Numbered from the stretch's first letter, positions 48,541 through 62,895 are shown. The stretch: 64,000 nucleotides of DNA from Aotus nancymaae (GCF_030222135.1 NW_026988422.1:32682919-32746918), one strand, 5' to 3'. Notes: a model not told the origin generated them from the sequence alone. Translations and numbers: made by a program.

Positions 48541-48715
48541 TGAACAATGTTTCTGTTTCCTGTTCTTAGCACTGTACCTCTTCCTCCTGATACTCTAAAT
48601 CATGAAAGGTTTGGAATATGCTTCCCAATCCTTGCCCTGATCCCCTACATCGTTGTTCTAAAAGTAGGTGCACATGATGTATTCTGCTGGACCATGAAGA
48701 GGTAGCTAAAACTAA

Positions 48716-48820
<105 letters not shown>

Positions 48821-48883
48821 TAAAGACACTTTCCCTTTGGTTTCTTTTTTACTTCTCCTGTTCTTGTGATTTCCCACCCTTAG

Positions 48884-49015
<132 letters not shown>

Positions 49016-49159
49016 TGAGTGATTCACCTCTTGGTGAGGATAGATTATTGGGATGTAGACAAAAATCAGCAGGGAAGAGAGTCCAGGAACATGAGAGCAG
49101 AGAAGAATGGAAGATGTTAAGGGCTAGTTCTCCACCTTGTTTTTTCTGTTTTTCCACAG

Positions 49160-49199
49160 GTATCGGACAGATGAAGTAGAAGTGACCTGGAGGGACTGA
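49160..49199 (+). CDS. OSGEP: OSGEP last coding exon (RYRTDEVEVTWRD, then stop).
   Basis: Acceptor tttccacag. The TGA stop is at 49197-49199. Confidence 0.92.
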
Positions 49200-49351
49200 T
49201 AAGATTAACAGAATCAGAGTAGATAGTTCCCTAATTGGAACCCAAAGAACCCTGTGTGTCAATCTCTATCCTGATGTCGTGGGAGTCCTAGCAAAGCTAT
49301 AGACTCCAAGCAAGGCTTGGGATCCTTTATGGAATCCCAAGATGACTCAGC

Positions 49352-49357
49352 AATAAA
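49352..49357 (+). terminator. OSGEP: OSGEP polyadenylation signal AATAAA.
   Basis: Sits 153 nt after the stop codon and is followed by a T-run. Confidence 0.7.
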
Positions 49358-49494
49358 ATTTTTTTTTTTTTGGTTTTGTATGTTGGTGGTTGGATGGTGT
49401 TGTTCAGGACCAATATATAGATTTGGTGCTTGATAAATTCTTGTTGGAGGCTGCTGCTGTGGAGCCAAGAATGAGGTATCCTTTTTTTTTTTTC

Positions 49495-49614
49495 TTTTCT
49501 TTTTTTTTTTTGGTTAATAAACGGAATCTTGCTGTGTTGCCCAGACTGGTCTTGAACTGGGCTCAAGCAGTCTTATCACCTCAGCCTCCTGAGTAGGCAT
49601 GCCATTGTGCCTGG
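49495..49614 (-). mobile_element. Alu fragment just past the OSGEP 3' end.
   Basis: PolyT followed by a partial reverse-complement Alu. Confidence 0.6.
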
Positions 49615-49732
49615 CAACAATAGTATTATAACTATTATTATTTCAGTATCAGGTCCTATGCTAACAGCTGTACATTCATTTTCTCATTTAAATTCTTTGA
49701 AGTAGATACTTAAGACTTCTCTTCAAATAGCC

Positions 49733-50075
49733 TGGAGGCTGGGTGCAGTGGCTCACACCTGTTATCCCAGTGCTTTAAGAGGCCAAGGCAGGAGGATCCC
49801 TTGAGCCCAGGAGTTTAAGCCCAGCTCAGGCAACATAGCAAGACACCATCTATTCGAAAAATTTTAAAATTACCTGGGCATGGTGGCGCACTATAGCTCC
49901 CTGGGAGCAATGGCTCAGTCACAGCTCACTGTAGTCCCAGCTCTGAGGGAGGCTGAGTTGGGAAGATAGCTTGACCCCAGGAGTTTGAGATCACAGTGAG
50001 CTGCAATTCTGCCACTGCACTCCAGCCTGGCTGACAGAACAAAACCTTGTCTCTTAAAAACAAACAAACAGCCTA
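49733..50075 (+). mobile_element. Alu element carrying a roughly 30-bp internal insertion.
   Basis: Alu consensus with a (CAAA)n tail. Confidence 0.82.
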
Positions 50076-51253
50076 GAGATTGGTCTAATTCGTAACTCTA
50101 GAGTAAAACTGCCTCTACTCCATATACTTTCCCCTACATGCACTTTCCCCTACATAAACAAAACAGTGATTCCACTGTTTTGTTTGCATCTACCTACCTT
50201 TTCTAACTCTAGCAGCTCTTCCACTGTGCCCTCTGAAACTGAGAGCCAGTCATATGTCAAATTCTCTGTATCTCAGCCTCTTCTCTGAATGTTCCCTTCA
50301 CATTCATGCTTGGTTTCTTACAAGGACTCTACTCGGTAGTGGTGGTATTTTCCCTCTTGCACCCATTGTACCACTGGGCCTGGAGGTGATGCATGTGTCC
50401 TCATTTTTTCTCATACTGTTTCCAGACCATTGTCCCTCATCCCTAGTACCCTTCTGCTTTGAAACAAACTACCACACAAACACCACTGTTGTCATAAATC
50501 TTGAGGATTTCAGTATTCAGGTAGGTCATTCTAACACCACTTCAACCACTTATTTCTTTGGTCATGTTCTAAAGCTGCAGGTCCTCCACATCTCAGTTTC
50601 AAATAGCCCACTCTCTGCTACCACCACCTCCTATCTTTCCAGTTCATTTTCGTTAGTATGCTAAATCCAGCAGTTCATCCCTTCACCAGGACCTGTGGTC
50701 CACTGATCATACTTCCTTTCACAGATTTTATCCCCCACGTGTTTTTATTTCCCTCCTTCTTCAGCTAAATTCCCATAATCCGCCTCATTTCCCTTCCCCT
50801 CTTTTGCTTTTGGCATATTCAACTGATCACCTACTTTAGACCCATGGAGCCAAAAGGGCTAGTAAAAAATAGCTATGCTGACTGATCTTTAAATTATTTA
50901 TGACCATGACACTAAACTGGGTCCTTTATGCCACCCATAAATAGTTCATTTCTCTAGTCCTTTCACTTGCCCTCTTCTCTAGTAACTCTTTCAGACCTTC
51001 TGTCCTCTCAATCTCTAACATCTCCCCCTATTCTCTGACCTTGGTTCCTATTTCAGTAAGAAAATAGAAGCAATCAATATACATTTACAGCCTTCTACCC
51101 TTGAAACTATCCACCTTCAAGCATCTGTACCCATGTCCTCTGCCTTCCTTCCTGTTACCATGAACCAGTGGTTTTCAACCAGAGCTGATTTTGCTTCTCA
51201 GAGGACATTGGATTGTCACCGCGGATTAGAGGATACTTTACTGATTAGAAGTC

Positions 51254-51527
<274 letters not shown>

Positions 51528-52333
51528 GGGATAGTTCTCCCTCTTTTCCTGGAGAGTCAGTATTTCCTTCTCTCCTGAATCTTGCCATCAGCACACAAAG
51601 ATGCCACTGTTTTCCTCATTTTACAAATAATGCCTTCTTGACCCCATTTGCCCTTCCAACTGATTCCCATTTTTCTCTTCCACTTTACAGCAAAACTTAA
51701 AAAGCCTTGTCTTCAATTTCTCTTTAAAATCTCCACCAAAACTATTCTTACCACATTCACTAATGACTTGCACATAGCTAAGTCTAATGGCGTATTCTTC
51801 ATCTTCAGAAGCTATCAGCAGCATTTGGCACTTCCTCTTTGAAACAGTTTCCTTACTTGGCTTTAGGATGCATTTTCTCGTCTGCCTCCTAGTTTCCTGA
51901 CTGCCCTTTCTTAGTCTCCTTTGCCAGTTTCTCCTCATCTCCACAGAGTTTAGTCCTCAGACTGCTCTCTTTACACATATACCTGCAGTGACTTCATCTA
52001 GTTGTATACATTAAAATCATTTTGATGGGGGTGACTCCCAGTTACAGCTCCAACCTGGACTTCCATCCCAAATACCTAGCTGCCCATTGGCACCTCTACT
52101 TGGATGTTTAATAGGCATCTCAAATTTAACATACTCAAAATTGCACTTACTTCTCCAATTTAGTGCTGTTGTCTTTCTTATTTCTGTTAATGACAATTCA
52201 ATCCTTCTAGTTCATGCCAAAGTATCTTTGGCAGTTTTCTTTCTTCTTCTCCAGTTCATCAAAGCCTCTTGGCTCCACCTTCAAAGTATATCCAGAATTC
52301 CATTTCTCCTCACTTCCACTGCTGCCACTGTAG

Positions 52334-52872
<539 letters not shown>

Positions 52873-55052
52873 CGAGTCTTTTTTAAAGGCCTGTGAGGCC
52901 CTCTGTAATCCACTCTGCCCTTCCCCACCTACCACTTTCATCCACTACTTAATTCCTTGTTTGCTCAGCTCCAGCAACACTAGCTTTTCCGTTGGCCTTT
53001 AAATACTGCAGTTGTCCTCTGAGGTGGGAGCAGAGCATTGGGCACTTGATAAATGCAAAGTTCATTTTCTAGTCCTGCTCTGGTTTTTATGTCCCGATCT
53101 TCCCTTTCCTGTTCTCCCTGGAACCTGGAGAACTTGGGACTTCCTGGGGAGCCATGGAGTCCCTACCTTCATTACTGAGCCAGTATATGTCCACAGTCCT
53201 CTGGACTTGCTTAGATTGGAACATTGTTTGAAGCTGATGGAGTAAGGATGCTGCCTGAGAAGAGAGAAGGAAAGAATGAGACAAACTCCTTACGCAGCTG
53301 AGCAATTGCTCCTTGTATCGTACCTCTCTTCCCCTAAGAGAATTACTGCTATTCCAGAGAAATGTCATGTGGCTTCTCTCCACATTGACTAACCACATTC
53401 CCTTTTCATTTTCCTGGGTGCCTGCTTCTCTAACCCACTCTCCAACTCTGTTTTTCCTAAAACAGGACATGTTTTAGGATTGGTCTCCTTTCTGCTAAGT
53501 ATCCATCCCTATGACATCCAAATATTCTGGGTTTACTGGAAAAAGTGGGGCTATATTTTGTGTTATAACACAAAATAATGTTATCTTTCTACTAAGGATG
53601 CCCCAAATGTAAACTGGCAAGATGTGTAATGTTATTAGAATTAGGGTAGTGCCAGAAACCCTACTCTAGAATTAGACCATAGCCCTTCCTGACCACACTC
53701 CAGCTCACCCTCTGTTTTATCTTTTGACCAAAATTTCTCCCACCTGACATTTAAAGCTTTCCCCCACCCCAAACATTTCAGGAGAACTAAACCTCAAGCA
53801 AATTCATTTGTCTCACATCTGGTACCCAATTCTATTCAGTCTTAGGTCTTGGTAACTCTAGATGAGTTCATGTGCCTCCCAGATTGTCTTTGAGAGCCAA
53901 TTTCTATACCTCTCACCATGTCGTTCTCTTAGGCCCCTTTTCACTCACCTTGAGCTTGGTGTTGAGCAGCCAGGCTTAACCCTCCTGGCATCCTTATGAG
54001 GCTAAGCCATAGTTGTAGTCAAAGGCATCACTTTATGGAGAGGAGAGAAAAGGAGATCTAGGAGGAAGAGATGAAGGAGTGGGGGTCTTTTTCCTGGGGA
54101 CACAGGCACTGCTGGGCAGCTGTGGGAAACAAGGTCTTCACCATGATTATATTTCCTCTTATTTCTAGTTCCTGACCATTTGTATGCCCATCTTACTCTT
54201 CTCTATCTCACATTTGCAGTAGAATACCTATGTAATACTCCACAGCAGATATAGGCCCTTTCTGCCATTTTTGCTGATATCCCAGGACCAGCACATTGGA
54301 CTTCAGTTGGTTCAAACATGAGACCTGAAAGGAGAAGCAACGAGGAAAGAAGGGGATATGATATGTTGGGTGAGGGGTGACCAGAAGACTCCCTTTTTCT
54401 CCGCTACCCCTCCCAGAATTCAGGAAGCTAGTTTCCTTCTGTGTCTGAGCAGATAGCCCTGCAGAGGTTCATGGTTCTTGCCATGGGCTTTCCCAAAAAG
54501 CCAAAAGTCTGCAAGAACCAGTTGTGTAGTATTAAAGAATCAAGTGGACCAACTGGGAACTGTGATAAAACCGGAGAGCGCCTGCCTTGTCCCACAGGAG
54601 AGGAGCTACTCAGCTCCAGCTAACTGTGTCTTGTGGGATGGAGGCCCAGGATTAGCAGATGCCTGGATCTGAAGCGTTGGCAGTTTATTTTAAAAATTGT
54701 AAATGTTGTGTAATCAAAATCCAGACGAAGATTCCATTCCTTGGCCACCATTTTCAACCTCTGGTCTAGAGACTTCCTTATTGGAAGTTCTTAATGTGAT
54801 TTTGCACATTGGTGAGGCTCACTGAGTAAGACAGTGCCACGTGATAGGTGTCTGCCTGGACTGAAGAGCCCCAGTTCACAACTGCGAAGAGGAAGGGGTG
54901 GTGCAGAATGATAGGGGTGGCGCAACAATCGTCGGGTGGATGAGGAAACAGATTTTACTATTAGTAGTTCTGGGCTTTTTGTGGGGGTCAGCATCCTGTT
55001 GTAACTCACTTCCTGACTCCTTACTCACCCACCTACTCACTCACCAGATTTC

Positions 55053-55146
55053 TTATAGAGCAACAGCAAGAGGAACCCGCCACGTGAGGAGGAACATGAT
55101 GAGCAGGCAGAGCAGAGAGCCCAGGAGGGAGAGCAAGGGACTTTAC
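55053..55146 (-). other. Terminal TM-helix segment of the clarin-like locus (LLSLLGSLLCLLIMFLLTWRV, then stop).
   Basis: Acceptor cccttccttccacag. An in-frame TAA at 55053-55055 closes it. The start of the frame is blocked by a stop, which favours a pseudogene. Confidence 0.35.
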
Positions 55147-56048
55147 CTGTGGAAGGAAGGGCACCAACCTGCAGGGGAGAACAAATGCAGGCCCTTGTCC
55201 TGACCTCAGCACCACCTACTCATGTACCCCAAGGATGCCCTCCCAACTCCTCAGGTCTTTCCAGCCCTGGACCTTACCTCAACACCTGCCCACATTAACC
55301 AGGCAGCCAGGTAAGGTAGGTGTAGAAACAGCCAAAGTTGATGAGGGCACAGGCGCAGAGCAGGAAGTTGGCGATGATGGGGGCAATGATGTTCAGCTGG
55401 GCTTTAGGGGAGATGAAAGGTCAGGAGTGAGTCTCCACACTAGTGTCATAAGATCCAGGTCTAGAAGTCAGGGACATCATTTTATGGCTTTCCCCATTCT
55501 CTCTATTCCCTTCTCCTTACTCCTTACATACCACCCCTACCACTGCAAGGTTCGGAGACATTTTCGTCCACTTTTAGGAAAACAGCGATAGAAAAGAGGC
55601 TTTAGGATCAGGTCCTAGAAGCCAGAGGTAGGGCTGGGAAGGGCATGAAAGGAATGGTGATTAATAGAGCCTGGTGTGGAGGGTGGGGTGGGGAATAAGG
55701 ATGAAACCTACAGCAATGAGGAAGGTGAGCAGATAGCTCCACAGAGGCTTGTGGTTCTTGCCATGGCCTTCCCCCTCCCCGCAAAAAAGCCAATGACTGG
55801 GTATGGTTTATCCTGGCACAGCTGCTGCAGACACCATGCTCATGGCCTGAGGAAAAGAGCAGATGGAAGCAAAAATCAATGCATTCCTAAAACAATGCGT
55901 TCTACCCATGTTTTCACTTAGTTTTCCCAGACTTAGAATTTATCTGCATCTTTGAAGGTTTTACCCCATTCACATGAATCAAGCATCTATGCTATGCCAG
56001 GCAATGGGCAAGGCTTCACTCTCTATACTTCTCCTCTGGTTCCCTCAC

Positions 56049-56227
56049 CTTGTAGTGACTAAAGAGCCCATAGAGGCAGGACCCTTGCTCTCGACAACCG
56101 CTGAAATCCCAACCATATTGGCACTTTGAGGCCAGGCAGCTCCCATTCTGCACACCCTTGTCAGTCCTATTTTCTGAAGCATCTTGAATCATATGGAACC
56201 TGGAAATGAGATTGAGGATACACATTT
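56049..56227 (-). other. Exon-like segment c of the clarin-like locus, encoding a cysteine-rich loop with CQYGWDFSGC and LYGLFSHYKV.
   Basis: Acceptor cccatgaag (alternative acceptor catttccag at 56199) and donor AAG|gtgagg. Confidence 0.4.
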
Positions 56228-56435
56228 CTTCATGGGAATAAAACCCCATCCCAAAGCAGTAGGGCTGTCTAGGTACCACCAGTACCAAAAGGGGAAATGG
56301 AAGCGTTTGCATGGCAGGGGTTGGGGGAGTAAGGAAATGACCAAGTTTGATAGTCACAGAAACCATACAATTCATTAACAGATATGAGGGATGGGGGAAA
56401 CATGAAGGGAGGAGTGGGAGTCACTACAGACTCAC

Positions 56436-56581
56436 CAGCCTTGATGTTGCCTTTGCTGGAGAGGGCTGAGATAGACAACCCAGTGACAGACAGTACGACT
56501 GAAGCCAAGAATAGGATAATGAGCCATGGGCGCCCTGGGTTGAGGATGCCCCCTTCTTCAGAAGCACTCCCAAAAAACTCC
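56436..56581 (-). other. Exon-like segment b of the clarin-like locus, with a TM1-like helix (WLIILFLASVVLSVTGLSISAL).
   Basis: Acceptor ctttgctccag and donor GCTG|gtgagt. Confidence 0.4.
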
Positions 56582-56958
56582 CTGGAGCAAAGAGTTCTCA
56601 CCTGCCTAGATCCCCAGACTTAGGGAACCATGAGCTCCAATCCATTACCATGACTTCTGTGACCCAGCTGAAGTGCATTGGGGCCTTGCTGGTCCTGGCC
56701 CCAGAATTCTCCAGATCATCTTGGGAGTGTGGCTTGGTGTGGGGTTCCTCTGTCGAGGTGAACGTGGTGCTATATCCTGGCTGATACAGCACATACATAA
56801 CTGAGATACCAAGGCCCCTCGCTAGGCAGTGCATCTGCAGCCAGGAGGATAGCTAATGGACCTGGAGGGCAGTCCCAGAGCTGTAATAGAAGGTGGTGGT
56901 AGCCCACATGCAGATTTTATCCTACCTTTAGGAGTTTACTGTGGGACCTGGGTCTTAC

Positions 56959-57135
56959 CAAGCTGCATGGAGCCCATCCCAGGACTATGGAGTTGACACA
57001 GAACTTGTAGCAGGGTTCAGGGTCCTCATCCTTGTAGGCAGGTGGTGAGCAGAGGCTGGCTTGGGGTATGACTTCACCAGATTGCAGTTCCTTCACCTCC
57101 TGGTGTGGGGTCAAGATGCTGGCCACATTGTCTTG
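56959..57135 (-). other. Exon-like segment a of the clarin-like locus. It is open in only one frame (59 codons).
   Basis: Acceptor cctccccgcag and donor TTG|gtaaga. Confidence 0.35.
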
Positions 57136-58052
57136 CTGCGGGGAGGCTATGAGAGGCATCCGAAATGTATGAACTGGGAAAGAGGGTGCAGAGCCTGGAC
57201 ACTATCTCCCCTTTTGCTGGCCAGGACAACCACAAACTGCCTTTCGGTCATTTTGGAAAGTGCCCCTTCTGGCTAGGCTCACCCAGGGAATGCTAGCTAC
57301 TAAGAGTTGCCAGAGGTACCCAGACAACAAATGGGGAAATGGAGACAGCTCTGAAGGTAGGAGGGGGTGCTGTGAGGGTCAGCCCACTTTCCCACCCTAC
57401 CCCACCCTTCACATGAGCCCTTTCATCTGAATCACAAGGGACAATCATACCTCCTTCCCTTATTAAGTCTGCCTGTGGAGTCAACCTATCTAGCCTCGGC
57501 CAGACATTTTATAGGCCAGGAAGTAGCCACCCTGGGCCTACCCTACCTCCCCAAGAGAAGGGAGAGGAAGTACATCACTGCATCTTCCCCCAAATCCTTT
57601 CCCCAATATGATACTCAAAACTGTGGCACAAAGTGATTGCCTGGCTTTTAGGGGCTTTAGTCAAGCACCTGGTCTCAGGATGAGAAAAGAGGTGTTGTCC
57701 TGGAGGGAGAGGGAGTGGCTGTACTGACTGGCTCAAACGGAATACCTGCCTGCCAGTAGCCCATCTAGTCCAGGACTCTGGTCCCCACAGCATGCAGCTC
57801 AACCACACCTTCCACTGTCTGGTTCTTATCCCAGTGCCAAGATGAGAGTTAGAGACTTTTCCAAAGACACAGGGTTGAATTTCAGACTCTCACCCTGGAT
57901 CCCACCTCTGGACAGAGAGGAAGCCCTGTGATGGGGGTGAGACATCTAGGTCCATAGCCCTGATCCCTGCCCCTCCACTTTCCCCACTCCTTCGTCCTCT
58001 ATGGATAAGGCTGGGCTATGTTCGCTCCTGGGTCTCAGCTGTTCCCTCTTGA

Positions 58053-58504
<452 letters not shown>

Positions 58505-59189
58505 GGTCACAGCTTTATCATGCACAGAAAGGTCAACAGCCAACGCCCAGTCCAGACTCTTTGCCTGACCCTTCCAGCCCACTCTGGTGAGCACAGCCCT
58601 CTGGCCTTGGGCTCATTCCATCAGATCCCCTCATTCTCCTTGGTTTTCTAATTTGCCTAGCTCAGCACCCTTGTATGACCTATAGGTGGGAGGGTGGGGG
58701 TGTCAATCTGGGAGGGAGCCCAGGGGATTGGGTGTCGGAGTTAGGACACCAGGTGCCAAGTGCCTAGCCAGCCACCACCAGCTATAATTAGCCCTGTGGG
58801 GCCACTGGCTGACTGGGATGCCATGTGGGCAAGTTCCCTCTGCCACACAGCCCCAAGCACAGCAGGGGCTCAAGTAAGAGGGCAAGTGGAACACTGGTGT
58901 CTCCTGAGGGTGACTAAAAGGTTGGGGGCAATAGAGGAGGAGTGTGGTACTGGATCTTTACATGGCTTCTTGCATGTTTTGCTGCACCGTTTGTATCCCA
59001 TAGTTGCCCTGTATATCCCTGATACTCCAGTGTTGGGATGTGGCTGGGGGTAGGAGGAGGGTGTTGGAGCAGGGGAGAGACTGACATTTTGACCGGCTGG
59101 AGACATGGTTCCTTTGGCCTCTCTGGGTCCAGCTCTGACGCTAGACTGTCTTGCCTCTGCTCATCTGCAGCTATCCAGCAAACCCCGTC

Positions 59190-59913
59190 ATGAGCCTCTC
59201 GGACACCCCACGTTATCCTTCTCAGCTGGAGAGTATCTCTCTTCCCGTCCAGAAGGACTGCCTTGGACTCCCCGTGCACGCCCAGAGAGCCACTTCCTGG
59301 CCTTCCTCCCCCGACGAGGATCCCAGTTTGCCTTCCTTTCCTCTGGTCCCGGGGAACCTTCCCTTTTCAGCCTTGGCCCTAGAGGGAGAAGAGGAAGAGG
59401 ATGAAGATGAAGACGAGACGGAGCCCAAGTGGCTGCGCAGCGAGGAGCATCCGAGCCAGTTTTTCGCCGAGGCTCAGCGGCTGCGGGAGCAGAGATTGTT
59501 GCTGGACGAAGAGGTGTCAGTCGCGGGGCGGGTATACGGGGTGCATCGGGTGATCCTGGCCGCAGTCAGCAGCCTCTTCCGAGACAGGCTGCTGGGCGGC
59601 GGAGGTCCGCGGCCCCCCTTCAGCCTCGAGGTATCCCCAGGGGGATGGGAGGCCGTGCTGACCTTTGCCTATGAGGGGGTGCTGGGCCCCGCCCCGCAGG
59701 GGGATGTGCTGGCGGCAGCCGAGGCGCTGGGAGCGCCCCGGGTGAAGGCTGCTGCCCAGCGGAGATGCGAGAGGGCTGGAAATGCCCAGGAAGATGTAAA
59801 GAAGCCCAGCCAGGCAGAGGAGCTGAGGGAGAACCTGCGCGGAATCGAGCTCCTCTACCGAGAGGGCGTCGGATGTGACTTGAAGCTGGAGGCAGGCGGC
59901 TGCCAGCTGTGGG
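59190..59913 (+). CDS. KLHL33: Probable first coding exon of a BTB/kelch-like gene, most likely KLHL33. It encodes an acidic N-terminal region followed by a BTB-type motif (…LLDEEVSVAGRVYGVHRVILAAVSSLFRDRLLG…).
   Basis: ORF at 59151..60071 in a CpG-rich region. The acceptor ctcatctgcag at 59169-59170 precedes an ATG at 59190, and a strong donor (CAGCTGTGGG|gtaagg) lies at 59914. The HR.VLAA.S..F motif matches the BTB core. Synteny places KLHL33 downstream of OSGEP on the same strand. Confidence 0.55.
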
Positions 59914-60356
59914 GTAAGGGCCTGTGGGGCATTAAATTACTGCAGGTGCATATGCTGCCGGAATGGTGTGTGCAGGCCACAGGTGGTTTGATCCCCACCA
60001 TGATGGTTTCGATCCCTGCTGCTATCAGAATTTCCCTGGGATGGCCTTTGGTGACTCTCCTGCCTCACTGAGAGCTGAGCATGCGCAGTTGAGTTGTTTT
60101 CTAGGCCAGCTGACAGATTTAAACTGACCCTCTGTCTGGCTTTTCCTGTGTCCAGTAGCAAGGAATTTCCAGCCAGCTGGCTAGAGCTAAGGGTACAATC
60201 CATGGCAGTAGAACAAGCAGAAAGTGGATTGACTCAAACAGAAATTAACCAAAGGCCCTTCTTGGCATCTTCCATTCGGGACACAGGAAAGCCAGGGGAA
60301 CATGGTGGAAAACTCAATGTGCCCTTTCACCTTGGTGTGCTTGACACCATGGCTGA

Positions 60357-60740
<384 letters not shown>

Positions 60741-61166
60741 TGGCCATGGCACTTTGAAGTTAACCCTGCTCATCACCAGGAAAGCTAAGTAGGGTTGCAT
60801 AAGTTGAGTGTTATTCAGAGTCTACTAACATTTAATGAGGCAATGGGTGCCTGAAACTTTTACACATGACATCTCTTTTAATTTTCACTGAAAGCTAGTG
60901 AGGTCAATATCATGATCTATAGGTGCAAATAAGGAACATTAAATTCAGAGATGTTGACTTGCGACAACCAGGATACAAGTCCACATTACTAGTCCAGTCT
61001 GCTTCCACTAGGCCATGCAATGCTCCTATGCCATTATTCCGAGACACCATAGGACCTGGAAAATGAAGTTGGAATGTGGACACATGAAAGTTTAAAGTTA
61101 CAAAGGATTAGTTTAGAGATTATCTAGTTCAGCTCTTACACTTCACTGATGAAGAAATCAGAATCC

Positions 61167-61463
61167 GGGCCGGCACAGTGGCTCATTCCTGTAGTCCCAG
61201 CACTTTGGGAGGCCAAGGCGGGCAGATCATGAGGTCAGGAGATCGAGACCATCCTGGCCAACATGGTGAAACCCTGTCTCTACTAAAAATATATAAAAAT
61301 TAGCCGGGTGTGGTGACGCACGCCTATAGTCCCAGCTACTCGGGAGGCTGAGGCAGGAGAATTGTTTGAACCCAGGAGGCGGAGATTGTAGCTGAGATCA
61401 TGCCACTGCACTACAGCCTGGGTGACAGTGCGAGACTCCATCTCAAAAAAAAAAAAAAAAAAA
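61167..61463 (+). mobile_element. Young Alu element.
   Basis: PolyA tail and a perfect target-site duplication agaaatcagaatcc. Confidence 0.92.
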
Positions 61464-62282
61464 GAAATCAGAATCCAAGACTTGTCCAGAGTAACATAGC
61501 TACTTTAGAGGAGTGACTGGGATCTAAAGTGCTTCTGGGACTCCTAGAAGGAAAACTACTCCAAAAGTCTTTATTTTCATTTCTGATAGCACTAGATGGA
61601 GGGGTGATTTAAATGTTCGTGATTATAAAATTCTCACTAGGCTTTTGAACTTAAGCATACTTGTATCACTGCTTTTATTTCCCTAGGAAACATTCCGACT
61701 TAATGGTTGGGAACCTGTCACTTAAAATCCTAGGGAATAGTAGTGAGTAAGAGGTGAATACAAGTGATTGTGAGCACTTTCAGGGTTGGCTCTGAACTAC
61801 AGGTTGATTGGTGATATGGAAGCTGAGATGGCTTAGCTTGTTTTGAGGAATGTAGATGTTCTCAGACAATATATATTTGAAATCTGTCATTGATGCTTAC
61901 TACTTGGGAAGTACCAGTCCACTACCTACTGCTTAAAAGACAATGGAAAGTCATATGAACAACACCTGCCCTTCGGGAAAGGCACACATGCCACAGTTGG
62001 TCAAGGCAGCATGGAGTTCTTAAACAGCTTGGGCCTCTGTGACCTACCTAAAAGGACTTCTAGCAGCATTCCTACCCACCTTTTTATTATAAAGCAATTT
62101 CCAAAGCAAAGAATAAGATAAACACTCAAAACACCCATTGCCCAGACGTAACAACTGTTTATTTATTTCATCTGTTTATTTTATTTTTTGCTGAAGTTTA
62201 AAGGAAATTTATGAAATTTTACACATAAGTATTTGAGTATGCATCTCTTTAAAAGAGGACAATTCTGCGGGACTAGGTATGA

Positions 62283-62668
<386 letters not shown>

Positions 62669-62895
62669 CAGTAATTTCTTAATATCACCTAGTCCACATT
62701 TATATTTTCCCAATTGTCCAAAAAACATTTTTTAGAATGAGTTTGTTCAACCCAGGAATTAATCAAGGACTATGCTATTCTCAGTTGTATGTCTCTTAAG
62801 CTTCCTTTAATCTAGTACAGTCCTCCTTCCCCTTTTTTATTACGTGATATATTGATTGGTAAAAACAATAACGTATAAGATTGGTTATCCTGGGC

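Larger units (their letters stand above)
55053..57135 (-). pseudogene. Clarin-like four-transmembrane coding remnants: several exon-like segments with acceptors and donors, transmembrane helices and a conserved YGLFxxxKVR loop motif. The reading frame is not continuous.
   Basis: Minus-strand translations include QDNVASILTPHQEVKELQSGEVIPQASLCSPPAYKDEDPEPCYKFCVNSIVLGWAPCSL, …GRPWLIILFLASVVLSVTGLSISALSSKGNIKAG, EMCILNLISRFHMIQDASENRTDKGVQNGSCLASKCQYGWDFSGCREQGSCLYGLFSHYK, …GHGKNHKPLWSYLLTFLIAVG, …[27 protein letters not shown] and PLLSLLGSLLCLLIMFLLTWRVPLAVAL, ending in a stop. Compare CLRN2 YYGLFRGCKVRQCGLGG and CLRN1 HGPLGLYLLSFISG. Confidence 0.4.

Noticed and set aside
50254-50664. A 136-aa plus-strand ORF downstream of OSGEP.
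   Set aside because: It is S/T/L-rich low complexity with no recognisable domain and no flanking splice signals. It may lie within an old diverged repeat.
59222-59674. A minus-strand ORF made of a serine run (SSSSSSSSSS) and a plus-strand ORF MAAQRGASEP… inside the KLHL33-like exon.
   Set aside because: They are the reverse complement, or an alternative frame, of the acidic (GAA/GAG)n stretch and the GC-rich coding exon. They have no independent support.
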